From Patescibacteria group bacterium (GTDB lineage Bacteria; Patescibacteriota; Patescibacteriia; UBA11705; DATKZF01), in contig JBMORT010000009.1 in assembly GCA_049319825.1 (NCBI GenBank), positions 131,349 to 195,348 on the forward strand: DNA of 64,000 bases, written 5' to 3'. Shown piece by piece: positions 18,276 through 27,701 of this stretch. Position numbers and translations under genes: made by a program. Under the pieces are notes generated by a model. That model did not search any database. It saw only the letters and a program-made list of their open reading frames with translations, and was not told the DNA's origin. The stretch's first letter is position 1, and each line of letters starts with the position of its first letter.

Positions 18276-19338
18276 AGATTACGCGAAAAAATACCTTAAA
18301 GATTGCGCCGCTTCATTGATAAATATAAATTATCCCCACGATGCGGTAAAGGTTTTCGTGGTTGATAATCAATCATCCCCGGAAAGTCGCCGCGACATAC
18401 TGGAGCTGATGAGACAATTTGATTTTGACGGCGGCAGCGGCCGGATCAAAGCCGAGCTTATCGCCAATGAAGAAAACGTCGGGTATGGACAGGGGAATAA
18501 TTCCGGAATAATGGCGGCCAGAAAACAAGGATTTGAATTTTTCTTTTTACTGAACATGGATACGGAAGTTGATCCGTTTTTTTTATCGAAAGCGATGGCC
18601 GTGTATCACCAAGCACCGAATGCGGGACTGATCCAATCGCGATTGATGCTGCATGATCATCCCGAACAAATAAACAGTTTGGGGAATTTAATACATTTTC
18701 TGGGTTTCGGATTTTCCGAAGGTTATAAAAAAAAATGGCAAGAATTTTCGGTAAACAGTCGATTCGATGAAATAATTTATCCCAGCGGCGCGGCTTTACT
18801 GATTTTTGAAAAAGTTCTTGATGATATCGGCTACTTCACGCCGGAATACTTTATGTATCATGATGATCTGGAATGGGGCTGGAAATCGCGATTGCGCGGT
18901 TATAAAAATTTTATCGCTTACGATTCGGTCGTTTATCATAAATTTCAATTCATTAAAAGCGTTAAACAATTTTATTGGATGGAAAGAAATCGATTGATCA
19001 CCACCTTGGTCGCTTATCACTGGGCGACATTGCTCATATTGTTTCCGGCGTTCGTTTCGTATGAATGCGGTTTAGCGTTTTTTTCTCTGTTTAATGGCTG
19101 GTTTACGGAAAGAGTGAAAGTGTATCGCTGGTTTTTCAGTTGGCGCAACATTAAAAAAATTTACCACTGGCGTCGCCATGTTCAAAGTCGACGGCAGACT
19201 CCGGAGCGGCGAGTGGTTTCTGATTTTGCCGGAAAAATCTTATATCAGGAAGATTTTGACAATCCCATATTAAAATATGTCGCGAATCCGATATTTAATT
19301 TATATTGGCAGATTGCCAAGAGAATAATTTTTTGGTAA
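18241..19338 (+). CDS. GT2 glycosyltransferase with a C-terminal extension.
   Basis: 'VAIILINYKDYAKKYLKDC', 'VVDNQSSPES' and a DxD-like 'LNMDTE'. Confidence 0.65.
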   Translation: MEKVAIILINYKDYAKKYLKDCAASLININYPHDAVKVFVVDNQSSPESRRDILELMRQFDFDGGSGRIKAELIANEENVGYGQGNNSGIMAARKQGFEFFFLLNMDTEVDPFFLSKAMAVYHQAPNAGLIQSRLMLHDHPEQINSLGNLIHFLGFGFSEGYKKKWQEFSVNSRFDEIIYPSGAALLIFEKVLDDIGYFTPEYFMYHDDLEWGWKSRLRGYKNFIAYDSVVYHKFQFIKSVKQFYWMERNRLITTLVAYHWATLLILFPAFVSYECGLAFFSLFNGWFTERVKVYRWFFSWRNIKKIYHWRRHVQSRRQTPERRVVSDFAGKILYQEDFDNPILKYVANPIFNLYWQIAKRIIFW

Positions 19339-19343
19339 ATGCT

Positions 19344-20480
19344 ATGAAAATCGCTCAAGTGGTATGCGTCTTACCGCCGTATGGCGGCGGCATCGGGGTG
19401 GTGGCCCATTTTTATGCCGTTGAATTGGTGAAATTGTTCGGCCATGATGTGCACGTATTTACGCCAAGCTTCAAACAATTGGCGGATGATAAAAGAAATT
19501 ACACCATTCATGGCCTCAGGCCTGTTTTTAGACATGGAAACGCCGCCTGGCTGCCCCAGCTTCGATGGCAATTGAATAATTTCGACATCATCCATTTGCA
19601 CTATCCGTTCCTTGGTGGCGCCGAAGCCGTTTATCATTTGAAAAAAGCAGGGAAAATAAAAAATTTGGTTATCAGCTATCACATGGATTTGGTTGGCGCC
19701 GGCGTAAAAAGTCGAATATTACAAATGTATTCGGGTTTTCACACGCATCGAGTGCTGGATCAGGCCGATCGAATAATCGCGGCTTCTCTTGATTACGTAC
19801 TGGACAGCTCGATTCGCGAATATTATTTATCGCATAAAGAAAAATTTGTAGAATTGCCGTTCGGTGTCAGAAGGATTTATCGCCCCCGAGGCAAAGATCA
19901 ATATTTTATCGATAAATACAAAATCAAAAAGGAAGATAAAGTGCTGTTGTTTGTGGCCGGCCTGGACGCGGCGCATTATTTTAAAGGGGTAAATTATCTT
20001 ATCGACGCCATGAAATATTTGGATGATAATTTTAAATTGATCATCGCCGGGGAAGGGGATTTAAAAAAAGATTATATCGAACAAAGCAAAAATCTTGGTC
20101 TGGAGCGGCGGGTGCATTTCGCCGGCTACGTCGATAAAGAACTTTTGCCGGAGTATTATAATTTGGCCGATTTATTCGTATTGCCATCAATCGACAAATC
20201 CGAAGCATTCGGATTGGTGTTAATCGAGGCTTTGGCGTCGGGTGTACCGGTTATCGCCTCAAATTTAAAAGGGGTGAGAACCGTCGTCGATTCGGGCCGC
20301 TGCGGGTTGCTTTTTCAGCCTAAAAATTCCAGAGATATCGCGGAAAAAGCGAAAATAATATTAAACAATCCAAAAATTCACGAGCAGTTCGCCAAAAACG
20401 CGGCCACCGGCGCCAATAGAAAGTATCGCTGGCCGAACATTGTTTCCAGACTGAATGACATTTACACCGAATTAATATGA
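19344..20480 (+). CDS. GT4 (group 1) glycosyltransferase.
   Basis: 'EAFGLVLIEALASGVPVIASNLKGVRTVVDSGRCGLLF' E-x7-E type motif. The ORF-track start at 19305 may also be the true start. Confidence 0.8.
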   Translation: MKIAQVVCVLPPYGGGIGVVAHFYAVELVKLFGHDVHVFTPSFKQLADDKRNYTIHGLRPVFRHGNAAWLPQLRWQLNNFDIIHLHYPFLGGAEAVYHLKKAGKIKNLVISYHMDLVGAGVKSRILQMYSGFHTHRVLDQADRIIAASLDYVLDSSIREYYLSHKEKFVELPFGVRRIYRPRGKDQYFIDKYKIKKEDKVLLFVAGLDAAHYFKGVNYLIDAMKYLDDNFKLIIAGEGDLKKDYIEQSKNLGLERRVHFAGYVDKELLPEYYNLADLFVLPSIDKSEAFGLVLIEALASGVPVIASNLKGVRTVVDSGRCGLLFQPKNSRDIAEKAKIILNNPKIHEQFAKNAATGANRKYRWPNIVSRLNDIYTELI

Positions 20481-21637
20481 AAATCGTCATCATCAGCAAT
20501 TTATACGAACCTTACAGTCGCGGCGGCGCGGAAAAGGTCGTTGGGAACCTGATTGACGGGCTGTCATCGACTCACGAAACAATATTGATCACTACCAAGC
20601 CCAAAGGTTTTGGGCGCGATGAATCAATCAATGGCAGGAAGAAAATATATCGTTTTCGTCCGATTAATTTATATTATTATTTAAATGATTATAAACACAA
20701 TGTCGCGGTTAGACTGATCTGGCATTTTTTCGATCAATTTAATCTACACTCATATTTAAAAATTCGTAAAATATTAAAAGATGAAAAGCCCGATTTGATC
20801 ATCTCTCATAATTTGATGGGAATCGGATTATTAATCCCCCTGGCGCTGAAAAAGTACCGCTGGATTCATACTCTGCACGACGCTCAGCTGATCGTACCCA
20901 GCGGACTGATCTCTAAAGGCCGTGAAGAAGATTTCACAGCGGCCGGTTTTTTAACAAAATTTTATGCCTGGATCAATAAAAAAATATTTGGTTCGCCCGT
21001 TAAAGTAATTTCTCCCTCCCGCTGGCTGCTCGACTTTCACGTAAATCGGGGATTTTTTAAAAATTCAAAAAAATCGGTGATTTTAAACCCGGCCGTTATG
21101 GAGCCGGTGGCCGAGCATCGGCGGCGATCGGACAAAACATTGAATTTATTGTTTCTGGGTCAAATCGAAGAGCATAAAGGCATTTTTTTTCTGGTCGATC
21201 AATTAAAACATCAGTCATTTGATTTTAATTTGAAAATCGCCGGCGCCGGCTCGAAAGCAGCTCGGCTCCGCTCCATTATTAATGGCGACTCGAGATTTGA
21301 CTTTTTGGGCAAAGTGGCGCCATTTCAAGTCAAAATTTTACTTGACCAATGTGATTTTTTAATGGTGCCGTCATTATGCTACGAAAATTCACCGACAGTC
21401 ATTTACGAAGCGTTCAGCCGCGGCGTGCCAGTGATCGCTTCGAATATCGGCGGCATCAGCGAGCTGGTGTTAACCGGACAAACGGGGTATCTGTTCCATG
21501 CCGGCGATCAGCAAACTTTTCGCGAGGCGCTGGATAAGGCAAATAAACCCGACCAATACGAATCGCTTTCTCAAAACTGTTTGAAATTGATGTCAAGGAT
21601 AAGCATCGATGCTTATATAAATGATTTGCTCGCTTGA
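20477..21637 (+). CDS. GT4 (group 1) glycosyltransferase.
   Basis: 'ENSPTVIYEAFSRGVPVIASNIGGISELV'. Confidence 0.8.
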   Translation: MKIVIISNLYEPYSRGGAEKVVGNLIDGLSSTHETILITTKPKGFGRDESINGRKKIYRFRPINLYYYLNDYKHNVAVRLIWHFFDQFNLHSYLKIRKILKDEKPDLIISHNLMGIGLLIPLALKKYRWIHTLHDAQLIVPSGLISKGREEDFTAAGFLTKFYAWINKKIFGSPVKVISPSRWLLDFHVNRGFFKNSKKSVILNPAVMEPVAEHRRRSDKTLNLLFLGQIEEHKGIFFLVDQLKHQSFDFNLKIAGAGSKAARLRSIINGDSRFDFLGKVAPFQVKILLDQCDFLMVPSLCYENSPTVIYEAFSRGVPVIASNIGGISELVLTGQTGYLFHAGDQQTFREALDKANKPDQYESLSQNCLKLMSRISIDAYINDLLA

Positions 21638-21667
21638 CCATAAATATTGTGATTAACAAAATATCAT

Positions 21668-22615
21668 ATGCGAATAAAGCGCGTCACCAAAAATCAATTG
21701 AGAAAATTAATATTCATCCCCGATGATCAATTTGAAATTTATATGTGGCAGGAAGATACTTTGCATAACAAAAGAATTGCCGACATAAAAAAGTATCATT
21801 ATAAAAAGTCCAGATTCATCAATTCCGAAAAGGGACAAGCCATGTTAAAATGCAAATTGAAAAAAACCGGAGAAATTCATGAGATCGATGTCTGGATCGT
21901 CGACGGGCATCGGTTGCGCAGCGGACATCAGCAAGGGGATGTTGATTTTACCATGGGCGGCCACGGCTATCGCTATCTATACATTCCCAAGCATGAAATA
22001 TGGATTGATCAAATATATTATAAAACGAAAGATTATTGGCCGATAGTTTGGCATGAATACATTGAACGCATATTGATGAGAAACGGGCTGCCTTATAACA
22101 ATTCTCATGACATCGCCTCCGCCCTGGAAATCGTCCATCGCGATGATGATTTCTTTGTTCTGCCCATCGGCACTCATCGCCAAAATCACGCCTGGACTTG
22201 CGGCCCGGCGTCGCTGAAAATCGTTATGGATTATTTGCGGTATCCGGTATCCGAATCGTACCTGACGAGACTGACCAAATGCTCAAGGAAAAAAGGCACG
22301 GATCCGGAAAATATGATAGCGGCCGCCAGAAAAATGCGCTTCGTGGCCGAAGATATGCGTGGCCTGAAGCCGAAGCTGGTGAAAAAAATGATCAGGGCCG
22401 GCATCCCGGTCATCGCCAATTACCAGCTGGAACCGGCAATCGGCGAAGGACATTACGCGGTAATTATCGGCTTCAGTGAAAATGAATATGTGCTCTCCAA
22501 TCCGGCGCTGGATAAAGGATACGAAGTCGTGCCGATAAAAGAATTCCAGAAAAATTGGTACGAGCTGGAAGATAATACGGTTAAACAGGGGATAATTATC
22601 AAAAATGAAGAATAA
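21668..22615 (+). CDS. Protein with a C-terminal peptidase C39-like domain.
   Basis: 'HAWTCGPASLKIVMDYL' (catalytic Cys context) and 'GHYAVIIGFSENEYVLSNPA' (His context). Confidence 0.5.
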   Translation: MRIKRVTKNQLRKLIFIPDDQFEIYMWQEDTLHNKRIADIKKYHYKKSRFINSEKGQAMLKCKLKKTGEIHEIDVWIVDGHRLRSGHQQGDVDFTMGGHGYRYLYIPKHEIWIDQIYYKTKDYWPIVWHEYIERILMRNGLPYNNSHDIASALEIVHRDDDFFVLPIGTHRQNHAWTCGPASLKIVMDYLRYPVSESYLTRLTKCSRKKGTDPENMIAAARKMRFVAEDMRGLKPKLVKKMIRAGIPVIANYQLEPAIGEGHYAVIIGFSENEYVLSNPALDKGYEVVPIKEFQKNWYELEDNTVKQGIIIKNEE

Positions 22616-22646
22616 AAAATCACCGACTCAATCGGTGATTTTTTTC
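22614..22646. terminator. Bidirectional intrinsic terminator between convergent genes.
   Basis: 8-bp stem atcaccga/tcggtgat with A-tract and T7 flanks. Confidence 0.6.
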
Positions 22647-22656
22647 GCGATTTAAT

Positions 22657-22977
22657 TCAGATCAAATAATATAATGCCGAGAGAACGGAAAAAATAAATA
22701 TGGAAACAAACAAAAATAAAAAAGTGTAACCGATAATTTCCAGCGCTATCTTGGTTTTTTTATTGATCAAAAAGTACAGCGGATAGCCGAAAATAATCAA
22801 TGCGCAGACGCCCGCGGAAAAAACCAGTAACATTAAAACAATTATGCCCGTCAACAATTCGTGAACTGGCAAGTTGCTTCTGCCGATAAGGAATAATAAA
22901 CCGGAAATTGCGGCCACATAAACGGCCGTGGCCAATGCTTGAGTAAGGGCGATCATCGCCGGATGTAATTTTTTCAT
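22657..22977 (-). CDS. Small integral membrane protein.
   Basis: Four hydrophobic helices; intact ORF. Confidence 0.4.
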   Translation of the reverse strand: MKKLHPAMIALTQALATAVYVAAISGLLFLIGRSNLPVHELLTGIIVLMLLVFSAGVCALIIFGYPLYFLINKKTKIALEIIGYTFLFLFVSIFIFSVLSALYYLI

Positions 22978-23072
22978 ATTTCGTATTTATTTTACCATTT
23001 AATTATATCAAATATTGTATTTTTTAGGCAAATATGCTATTATCTATATGTTGTCCGACAAATTTGTGATTT

Positions 23073-23146
23073 GGGGGTGTAGTATAGTGGTAGTACAGCG
23101 GTCTCCAAAACCGTTAGCGTGGGTTCGATTCCTACCACCCCTGCCA
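23073..23146 (+). tRNA. tRNA-Trp (anticodon CCA) with encoded CCA.
   Basis: Acceptor gggggtg/cacccct. Anticodon loop ct-CCA-aa. T-arm gtgggttcgattcctac. Followed by the hairpin gtcgctggcgagcgac. Confidence 0.9.
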
Positions 23147-23271
23147 AGTCGCTGGCGAGCGACGTAAACAAGTGTGATAAATTCGAGCGTTTGTTCGTTT
23201 TTTTATTTTGTTGATAACTATTTTTTATCCTACGGGGCTATTATGTTATAATAGTAATGTTAATTAAGTTT

Positions 23272-24444
23272 ATGAAAAAAATAAAAAAAGTGTTTTCATT
23301 GGCAATTGTATTGGCTTTGCTATTTTGGTCAACGGCGGCGAAAACGAACAATTACGGATTCGTTTCCAATAATATTTGGGTTTCAAACACCTCTCCGATG
23401 TTAGGTGACGTGATAAAAATTTCGTCGGTGGTTGTTAATGACAGCATCAATCAATTTAACGGAGATGTCGTATTTTTTGATAATAACAGCGCCATCAGCT
23501 CCAGCATGTCATTTTCTTTGGCGCCCGGCGATTCCAGTAAGGTATTATCGATTGATTGGACAGCCGCCCCTCAGGGAGACCATCGATTCAAAGCGGAGAT
23601 ATCCAATGCTTATTTTACCGACGAACAAGGCAATATTGAAGCAATTGATGGCAGCTTTTTCAGCCAGATAACGGATATTATCTATGTTGACGTCGATTCC
23701 GATAACGATTCGATCCCGGATAAAATTGAAGAAAATCATGGAACGGATCCGAATAATCCCGATACCGACGGCGATACCGAAGACGATGACATCGATCCCG
23801 ATCCCACGGATCCGACGGTTTTTAGCGGACCGGATACGGATGGCGATGGCACGATAGACGCTCTCGACACGGATAAGGACAATGACGGCCTATATGATTG
23901 GAAAGAGCAAGAAATGGGAACCGACCCGAAAAAATATGACACGGACGGCGATTCCTGCGGCGACAAACAAGACGCCTTTCCCCTCGATGCTCAAAAATGC
24001 GAGTCTGATCCGGAACCGGTAGCTGAACCTGATCAAAACTCGGATCAGCAAAGTAATGACGACGAACAGGCGGAAAATATAAACGAACAGTTCGCCAGCG
24101 CGGATCTATTGGCGACAATGGAAACGATCGCTTCCCCGGAAATTATGGTTGCCAGCGAAGACAACATTTTCGACAGCTTTTCTGATGATGAAAATGGCGG
24201 CCACGGAAATAAATTCGGCTGGTTTAAAAACGGAAAATGGCGCGATTTGTTTTTAAAAATCATGTTGCTGCCGCTGGCTTTATTGATCGCGTTTTTCATG
24301 AAAATGTTATTTTGGGGAACACATCATCTGCCGGCCGGAATAGGGAAATGTCCGGATGCCGCGTCAAAACCGCATTCAAACCACGCTGATAATGCTGATA
24401 AGCATGCTCATCAGGCCGAGGGGAAAAATCATCAGAAGAAATAG
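23272..24444 (+). CDS. Cell-surface protein with a signal peptide, thrombospondin-type-3-like Ca-binding Asp repeats and a C-terminal TM anchor.
   Basis: 'DTDGDTEDDDIDPDPTDP', 'DTDGDGTIDALDTDKDNDG', 'DTDGDSCGD'. C-terminal 'LLPLALLIAFFMKMLFW'. Start moved to the MKKIKK signal-peptide ATG. Confidence 0.5.
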   Translation: MKKIKKVFSLAIVLALLFWSTAAKTNNYGFVSNNIWVSNTSPMLGDVIKISSVVVNDSINQFNGDVVFFDNNSAISSSMSFSLAPGDSSKVLSIDWTAAPQGDHRFKAEISNAYFTDEQGNIEAIDGSFFSQITDIIYVDVDSDNDSIPDKIEENHGTDPNNPDTDGDTEDDDIDPDPTDPTVFSGPDTDGDGTIDALDTDKDNDGLYDWKEQEMGTDPKKYDTDGDSCGDKQDAFPLDAQKCESDPEPVAEPDQNSDQQSNDDEQAENINEQFASADLLATMETIASPEIMVASEDNIFDSFSDDENGGHGNKFGWFKNGKWRDLFLKIMLLPLALLIAFFMKMLFWGTHHLPAGIGKCPDAASKPHSNHADNADKHAHQAEGKNHQKK

Positions 24445-24460
24445 CTGATCAAATATTTAT

Positions 24461-24484
24461 AAAACTGTCCACCGGGACAGTTTT
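24461..24484. terminator. Bidirectional intrinsic terminator between convergent genes.
   Basis: Stem aactgtcc/ggacagtt, loop accg, with A-tract and T-tract. Confidence 0.6.
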
Positions 24485-24538
24485 ATGATTTGTTTAATGT
24501 ATTTGATCAATAAGAATCGTCATTTCAGTTCAATATGG

Positions 24539-25588
24539 TTAAACCGTATTGGTTTTTGAGGCGACCAGCATGCCGCAAGCGGCATTTATTGATTCGCCAA
24601 AACTGCGCCGCTGAGTAAAAGGAATTTTTTCAAGTTCAAGCAATTTTTTGAAGGCCATCATTTGTTTTGACGATGCTGAAGGCCACTTGATGTTGTTTTT
24701 ACACGCCACCGCGTCGGATTTATGAAATTTGATGATATTGAGGTGAAACAGCGGATGATTGAGCAGCTTTTTTAATTGTCTGGCATCATCTCGCGAATCA
24801 TTGAAACCCGGAATCACAATATACTCAAAGAAAAGTTTGCGCTTTGTCCGCTGAACATATTTTTTACAGGCGGGCATCAGCTGGGTTAAAGGATATTGAT
24901 CATTAACAGGCATTAGTTCGCTTCGTTTTTCATCTTCAGCGGCGTTTAATGAAATTGCCAAATTAACCTGTGGAAAATCATTGGCGAATTTGGCTAGACG
25001 AGGGACTATACCCGCGGTGGAAACCGATATTTTACGCCAACCGATGGGCCAATAATCATGTAATAAGATCAGTGATTCCTTAACCGCGTCGTAATTTAAA
25101 AAAGGCTCGCCCATGCCCATGTAAACAATATTGGAAATCTCAGAATGGCGGGCGGCTAAATAATTAGCGACGGCTTTAACCGTGTCGATTATTTCCGAAG
25201 CGCTCAGATTTCTTGTAACTTTCATGGTGCCGGTGGCGCAAAATTGACAGCCCAAGGGACAGCCTGATTGGCATGATAAGCACAGCGTGGTTCTCTCGCC
25301 ATGTTTCATTGTTACCGCTTCCACCAAATCAGCCGAATCGCTCAATCGAATTAAAAACTTTGTTGTGTCAGATGATTCGGTTACGTGGTCAATAATCACG
25401 GTAGACAGCGGTAATTTGGTGGCCAGCATTTGTCTTAAGTCCTTGGGTAAATTTGAAAAATCATTCCAAGATTCGGGCTTATTTTGAAAATAAAAAAGCA
25501 GCAGCTGTTGGCGACGGAATTTTGGCTGATTGGATTGAATTAAAATATCATCAAGTTTTTTGATATCCATATTTTCACAATATAGCAT
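24539..25588 (-). CDS. rlmN: Radical SAM 23S rRNA/tRNA (adenine-C2)-methyltransferase RlmN/Cfr family.
   Basis: 'CQFCATG' and 'MGMGEPFLNYD' signatures; C-terminal conserved Cys. Confidence 0.85.
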   Translation of the reverse strand: MLYCENMDIKKLDDILIQSNQPKFRRQQLLLFYFQNKPESWNDFSNLPKDLRQMLATKLPLSTVIIDHVTESSDTTKFLIRLSDSADLVEAVTMKHGERTTLCLSCQSGCPLGCQFCATGTMKVTRNLSASEIIDTVKAVANYLAARHSEISNIVYMGMGEPFLNYDAVKESLILLHDYWPIGWRKISVSTAGIVPRLAKFANDFPQVNLAISLNAAEDEKRSELMPVNDQYPLTQLMPACKKYVQRTKRKLFFEYIVIPGFNDSRDDARQLKKLLNHPLFHLNIIKFHKSDAVACKNNIKWPSASSKQMMAFKKLLELEKIPFTQRRSFGESINAACGMLVASKTNTV

Positions 25589-25665
25589 TTTTTAAGCAAT
25601 AGTCAAAATTGCCCGTAGATCGAATAAAGGGTATAATGAAAATGCAATACAATTATTACATTAAT

Positions 25666-26136
25666 ATGGAAAAAGCGATATTCGCTGCCGGCTGTTTTTG
25701 GGGAGTCCAGGACGCGTTTGATAAAATAAATGGCGTTGTTAAAACAACGGTCGGCTATACGGGCGGACGCTCGGAACATCCAACATATGAAGAGGTTAGC
25801 GCCGGCGATACCGGACATGCGGAAGCAATTTTAATCGAATTCAATCCGGCAATTGTTAGTTTCGATCAACTGTTGGAAAAGTTTTGGGAAATACACGATC
25901 CGACACAGTTAAATCGGCAGGGGCAGGATGTGGGCAGTAATTATCGATCCGCCGTTTTTTACTTAAATGACGAACAAAAGAAGCAGGCTGAAAAATCATT
26001 GGCAGCATTGGCGAAATCCGGGAAGTATCGGCATCCGATAGTTACTGTAATCGAAGCCGCGCAAAAATTTTATCCGGCGGAAGAATATCATCAAAAATAT
26101 TTTAAAAAGACCGGAGAAAGCTCCTGTCACATATAA
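25666..26136 (+). CDS. msrA: Peptide methionine sulfoxide reductase A.
   Basis: 'AIFAAGCFWGVQDAF...GYTGG'. Start moved to MEKAIF. Confidence 0.85.
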   Translation: MEKAIFAAGCFWGVQDAFDKINGVVKTTVGYTGGRSEHPTYEEVSAGDTGHAEAILIEFNPAIVSFDQLLEKFWEIHDPTQLNRQGQDVGSNYRSAVFYLNDEQKKQAEKSLAALAKSGKYRHPIVTVIEAAQKFYPAEEYHQKYFKKTGESSCHI

Positions 26137-26140
26137 AAAT

Positions 26141-26356
26141 ATGCGGTGTTCAAATTGCGGCAGTCAAGACATGGTTAAATCGAGGCTCCAGCGAGGGTTT
26201 GGTCAGAAAAATTCGTTTGCCTTCGAACCGGATAAGCGACACTGGACCAGAAAAGGCATTCGACCGGAAGTTTACGTTTGTCGACAGTGCCGTCATGTCA
26301 TGTTTTTCGTCTCCGAGAGGAATTTCGCCAATTTATATATTGATAATCGAGACTGA
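26141..26356 (+). CDS. Small zinc-ribbon protein.
   Basis: 'CSNCGS...(41)...CRQCRH'. Confidence 0.4.
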   Translation: MRCSNCGSQDMVKSRLQRGFGQKNSFAFEPDKRHWTRKGIRPEVYVCRQCRHVMFFVSERNFANLYIDNRD

Positions 26357-26371
26357 AACATAACCAATACG

Positions 26372-26402
26372 AGAACTGATTCACAGTTCTTTTTGATTTT
26401 TT
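26372..26402 (+). terminator. Rho-independent terminator.
   Basis: Stem agaactg/cagttct, loop attca, then TTTTGATTTTTTT. Confidence 0.6.
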
Positions 26403-26466
26403 TATAGAATATTATTAAAATATTAAGACATCGGGCATGGCGGCAGAGCCAGAGGGGGAGGGCGAA

Positions 26467-27474
26467 ATGGAAAAACTGCTGATCTTTGATGCGGGCGCGC
26501 ATCCGGCGCTCTGTCAAACGATTTGTCAATTACTGGAGATCGAGCCCGGACAGGCGGAAGTTCTGGAATTTTCCAATGGCGATATCGCCAACAAGCTGTT
26601 GTCCGATGTGCGCGGTTCCGATTGTTTCGTTATTTCGACTCAAGCGCAGCCCGTGCAATTTCACATTCAAACCACCTTGTCGCTGGTAAAGAATCTGCGA
26701 ATTCATTCGGATGGGATGGTTAGATTGATTTGGGGTTACATGCCCGGAATTCGCAGCGATAAAGTGGATCAGCTGCGCATTTCTTTGGGCGCGCGCGACA
26801 TGGCCGATCAGATCACGGCGGCCGGAGCGCACGGAGTGGTCATTTTGGAACCGCACTTTCCACAAATCGTCGGTTTTTTCGATCAGCGATTGACACGCGT
26901 CGAACCGATCAAAACAGCTTCCATTTTTCTCAATGAAATAGTCAATTCCGGCAATTTCGATTTGAACAATTGCGTCGTGGTGGCCGCCGACCTTGGCAGC
27001 GCCAAACGGTCCGGCACCTTTGCCACCCGGCTGCACGTGGAATTGGCTTTTATCGACAAACGCCGCAACGGCAATACCGAAACGATCAAGCCGGTGGCGG
27101 TGATCGGGAACGTCAAGGGAAGAGATTGTCTGGTGCCGGATGATGAAATCTGCAGCGGCAGCACTTTTATCGAGGACGCCATCTTCCTTTTGGAAAACGG
27201 CGCCCGAACCGTCACCGGCTTTATGACGCACGCACCGCTGACCAATTTGGCGGCGTTGCGGAAAATCGAGGCGATTTCGGAAATTACCGGTTTGCATGTC
27301 ACTGATTCGATTCCGATTTCTCAGGAAAAGCAGGCGACTTGCTCAAAGCTGAGGATCCATTCGGTGGCGCCGCTATTGGCCGGGCTGATTCGCTGCGTTC
27401 ATGAGCGGCGATCGATACACGGTCCGCACGGATTTTTGCAGAGTCTTTACGATAAAAGACTGGTGAAAGGATAG
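26467..27474 (+). CDS. prs: Ribose-phosphate pyrophosphokinase (PRPP synthetase), divergent.
   Basis: 'LLIF...FSNGDIANKLLSDVRGSDCFVIST', 'IWGYMPGIRSDK', and PRPP loop 'VVVAADLGSAKRSGTFATRL...IDKRR'. Shine-Dalgarno-like GAGGGGGAGGG upstream of the ATG. Confidence 0.65.
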   Translation: MEKLLIFDAGAHPALCQTICQLLEIEPGQAEVLEFSNGDIANKLLSDVRGSDCFVISTQAQPVQFHIQTTLSLVKNLRIHSDGMVRLIWGYMPGIRSDKVDQLRISLGARDMADQITAAGAHGVVILEPHFPQIVGFFDQRLTRVEPIKTASIFLNEIVNSGNFDLNNCVVVAADLGSAKRSGTFATRLHVELAFIDKRRNGNTETIKPVAVIGNVKGRDCLVPDDEICSGSTFIEDAIFLLENGARTVTGFMTHAPLTNLAALRKIEAISEITGLHVTDSIPISQEKQATCSKLRIHSVAPLLAGLIRCVHERRSIHGPHGFLQSLYDKRLVKG

Positions 27475-27535
27475 TAAACATATTATCCTTTTTTATTAAC
27501 AGCCGAATAAAGAATAAATGTGGTATAATGACATC

Positions 27536-27688
27536 ATGGAAAATCAAAATCAAGGCAAGGCATTCAATGTGGTTGTCGTGATATTTATAATATTTATGAT
27601 CGCCTTGTTTGTGTATTTGATGAAAGCGAATTTGTCCAGCGATCGATATCAATTGCCCATGCCCGATTTATCCGAAACATCTAGATAA
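27536..27688 (+). CDS. 50-aa single-TM peptide, apparently leaderless (ATG 8 nt after an extended −10 'TGGTATAAT').
   Basis: Translation MENQNQGKAFNVVVVIFIIFMIALFVYLMKANLSSDRYQLPMPDLSETSR; promoter read directly. Confidence 0.3.
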   Translation: MENQNQGKAFNVVVVIFIIFMIALFVYLMKANLSSDRYQLPMPDLSETSR

Positions 27689-27701
27689 AAAAATAAAAAA
27701 T

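Noticed and set aside
26530-27297. 255-aa minus-strand ORF (and the 26883..27302 ORF)
   Set aside because: Both are antisense to the well-supported prs gene. The translation is low-complexity and has no motifs.
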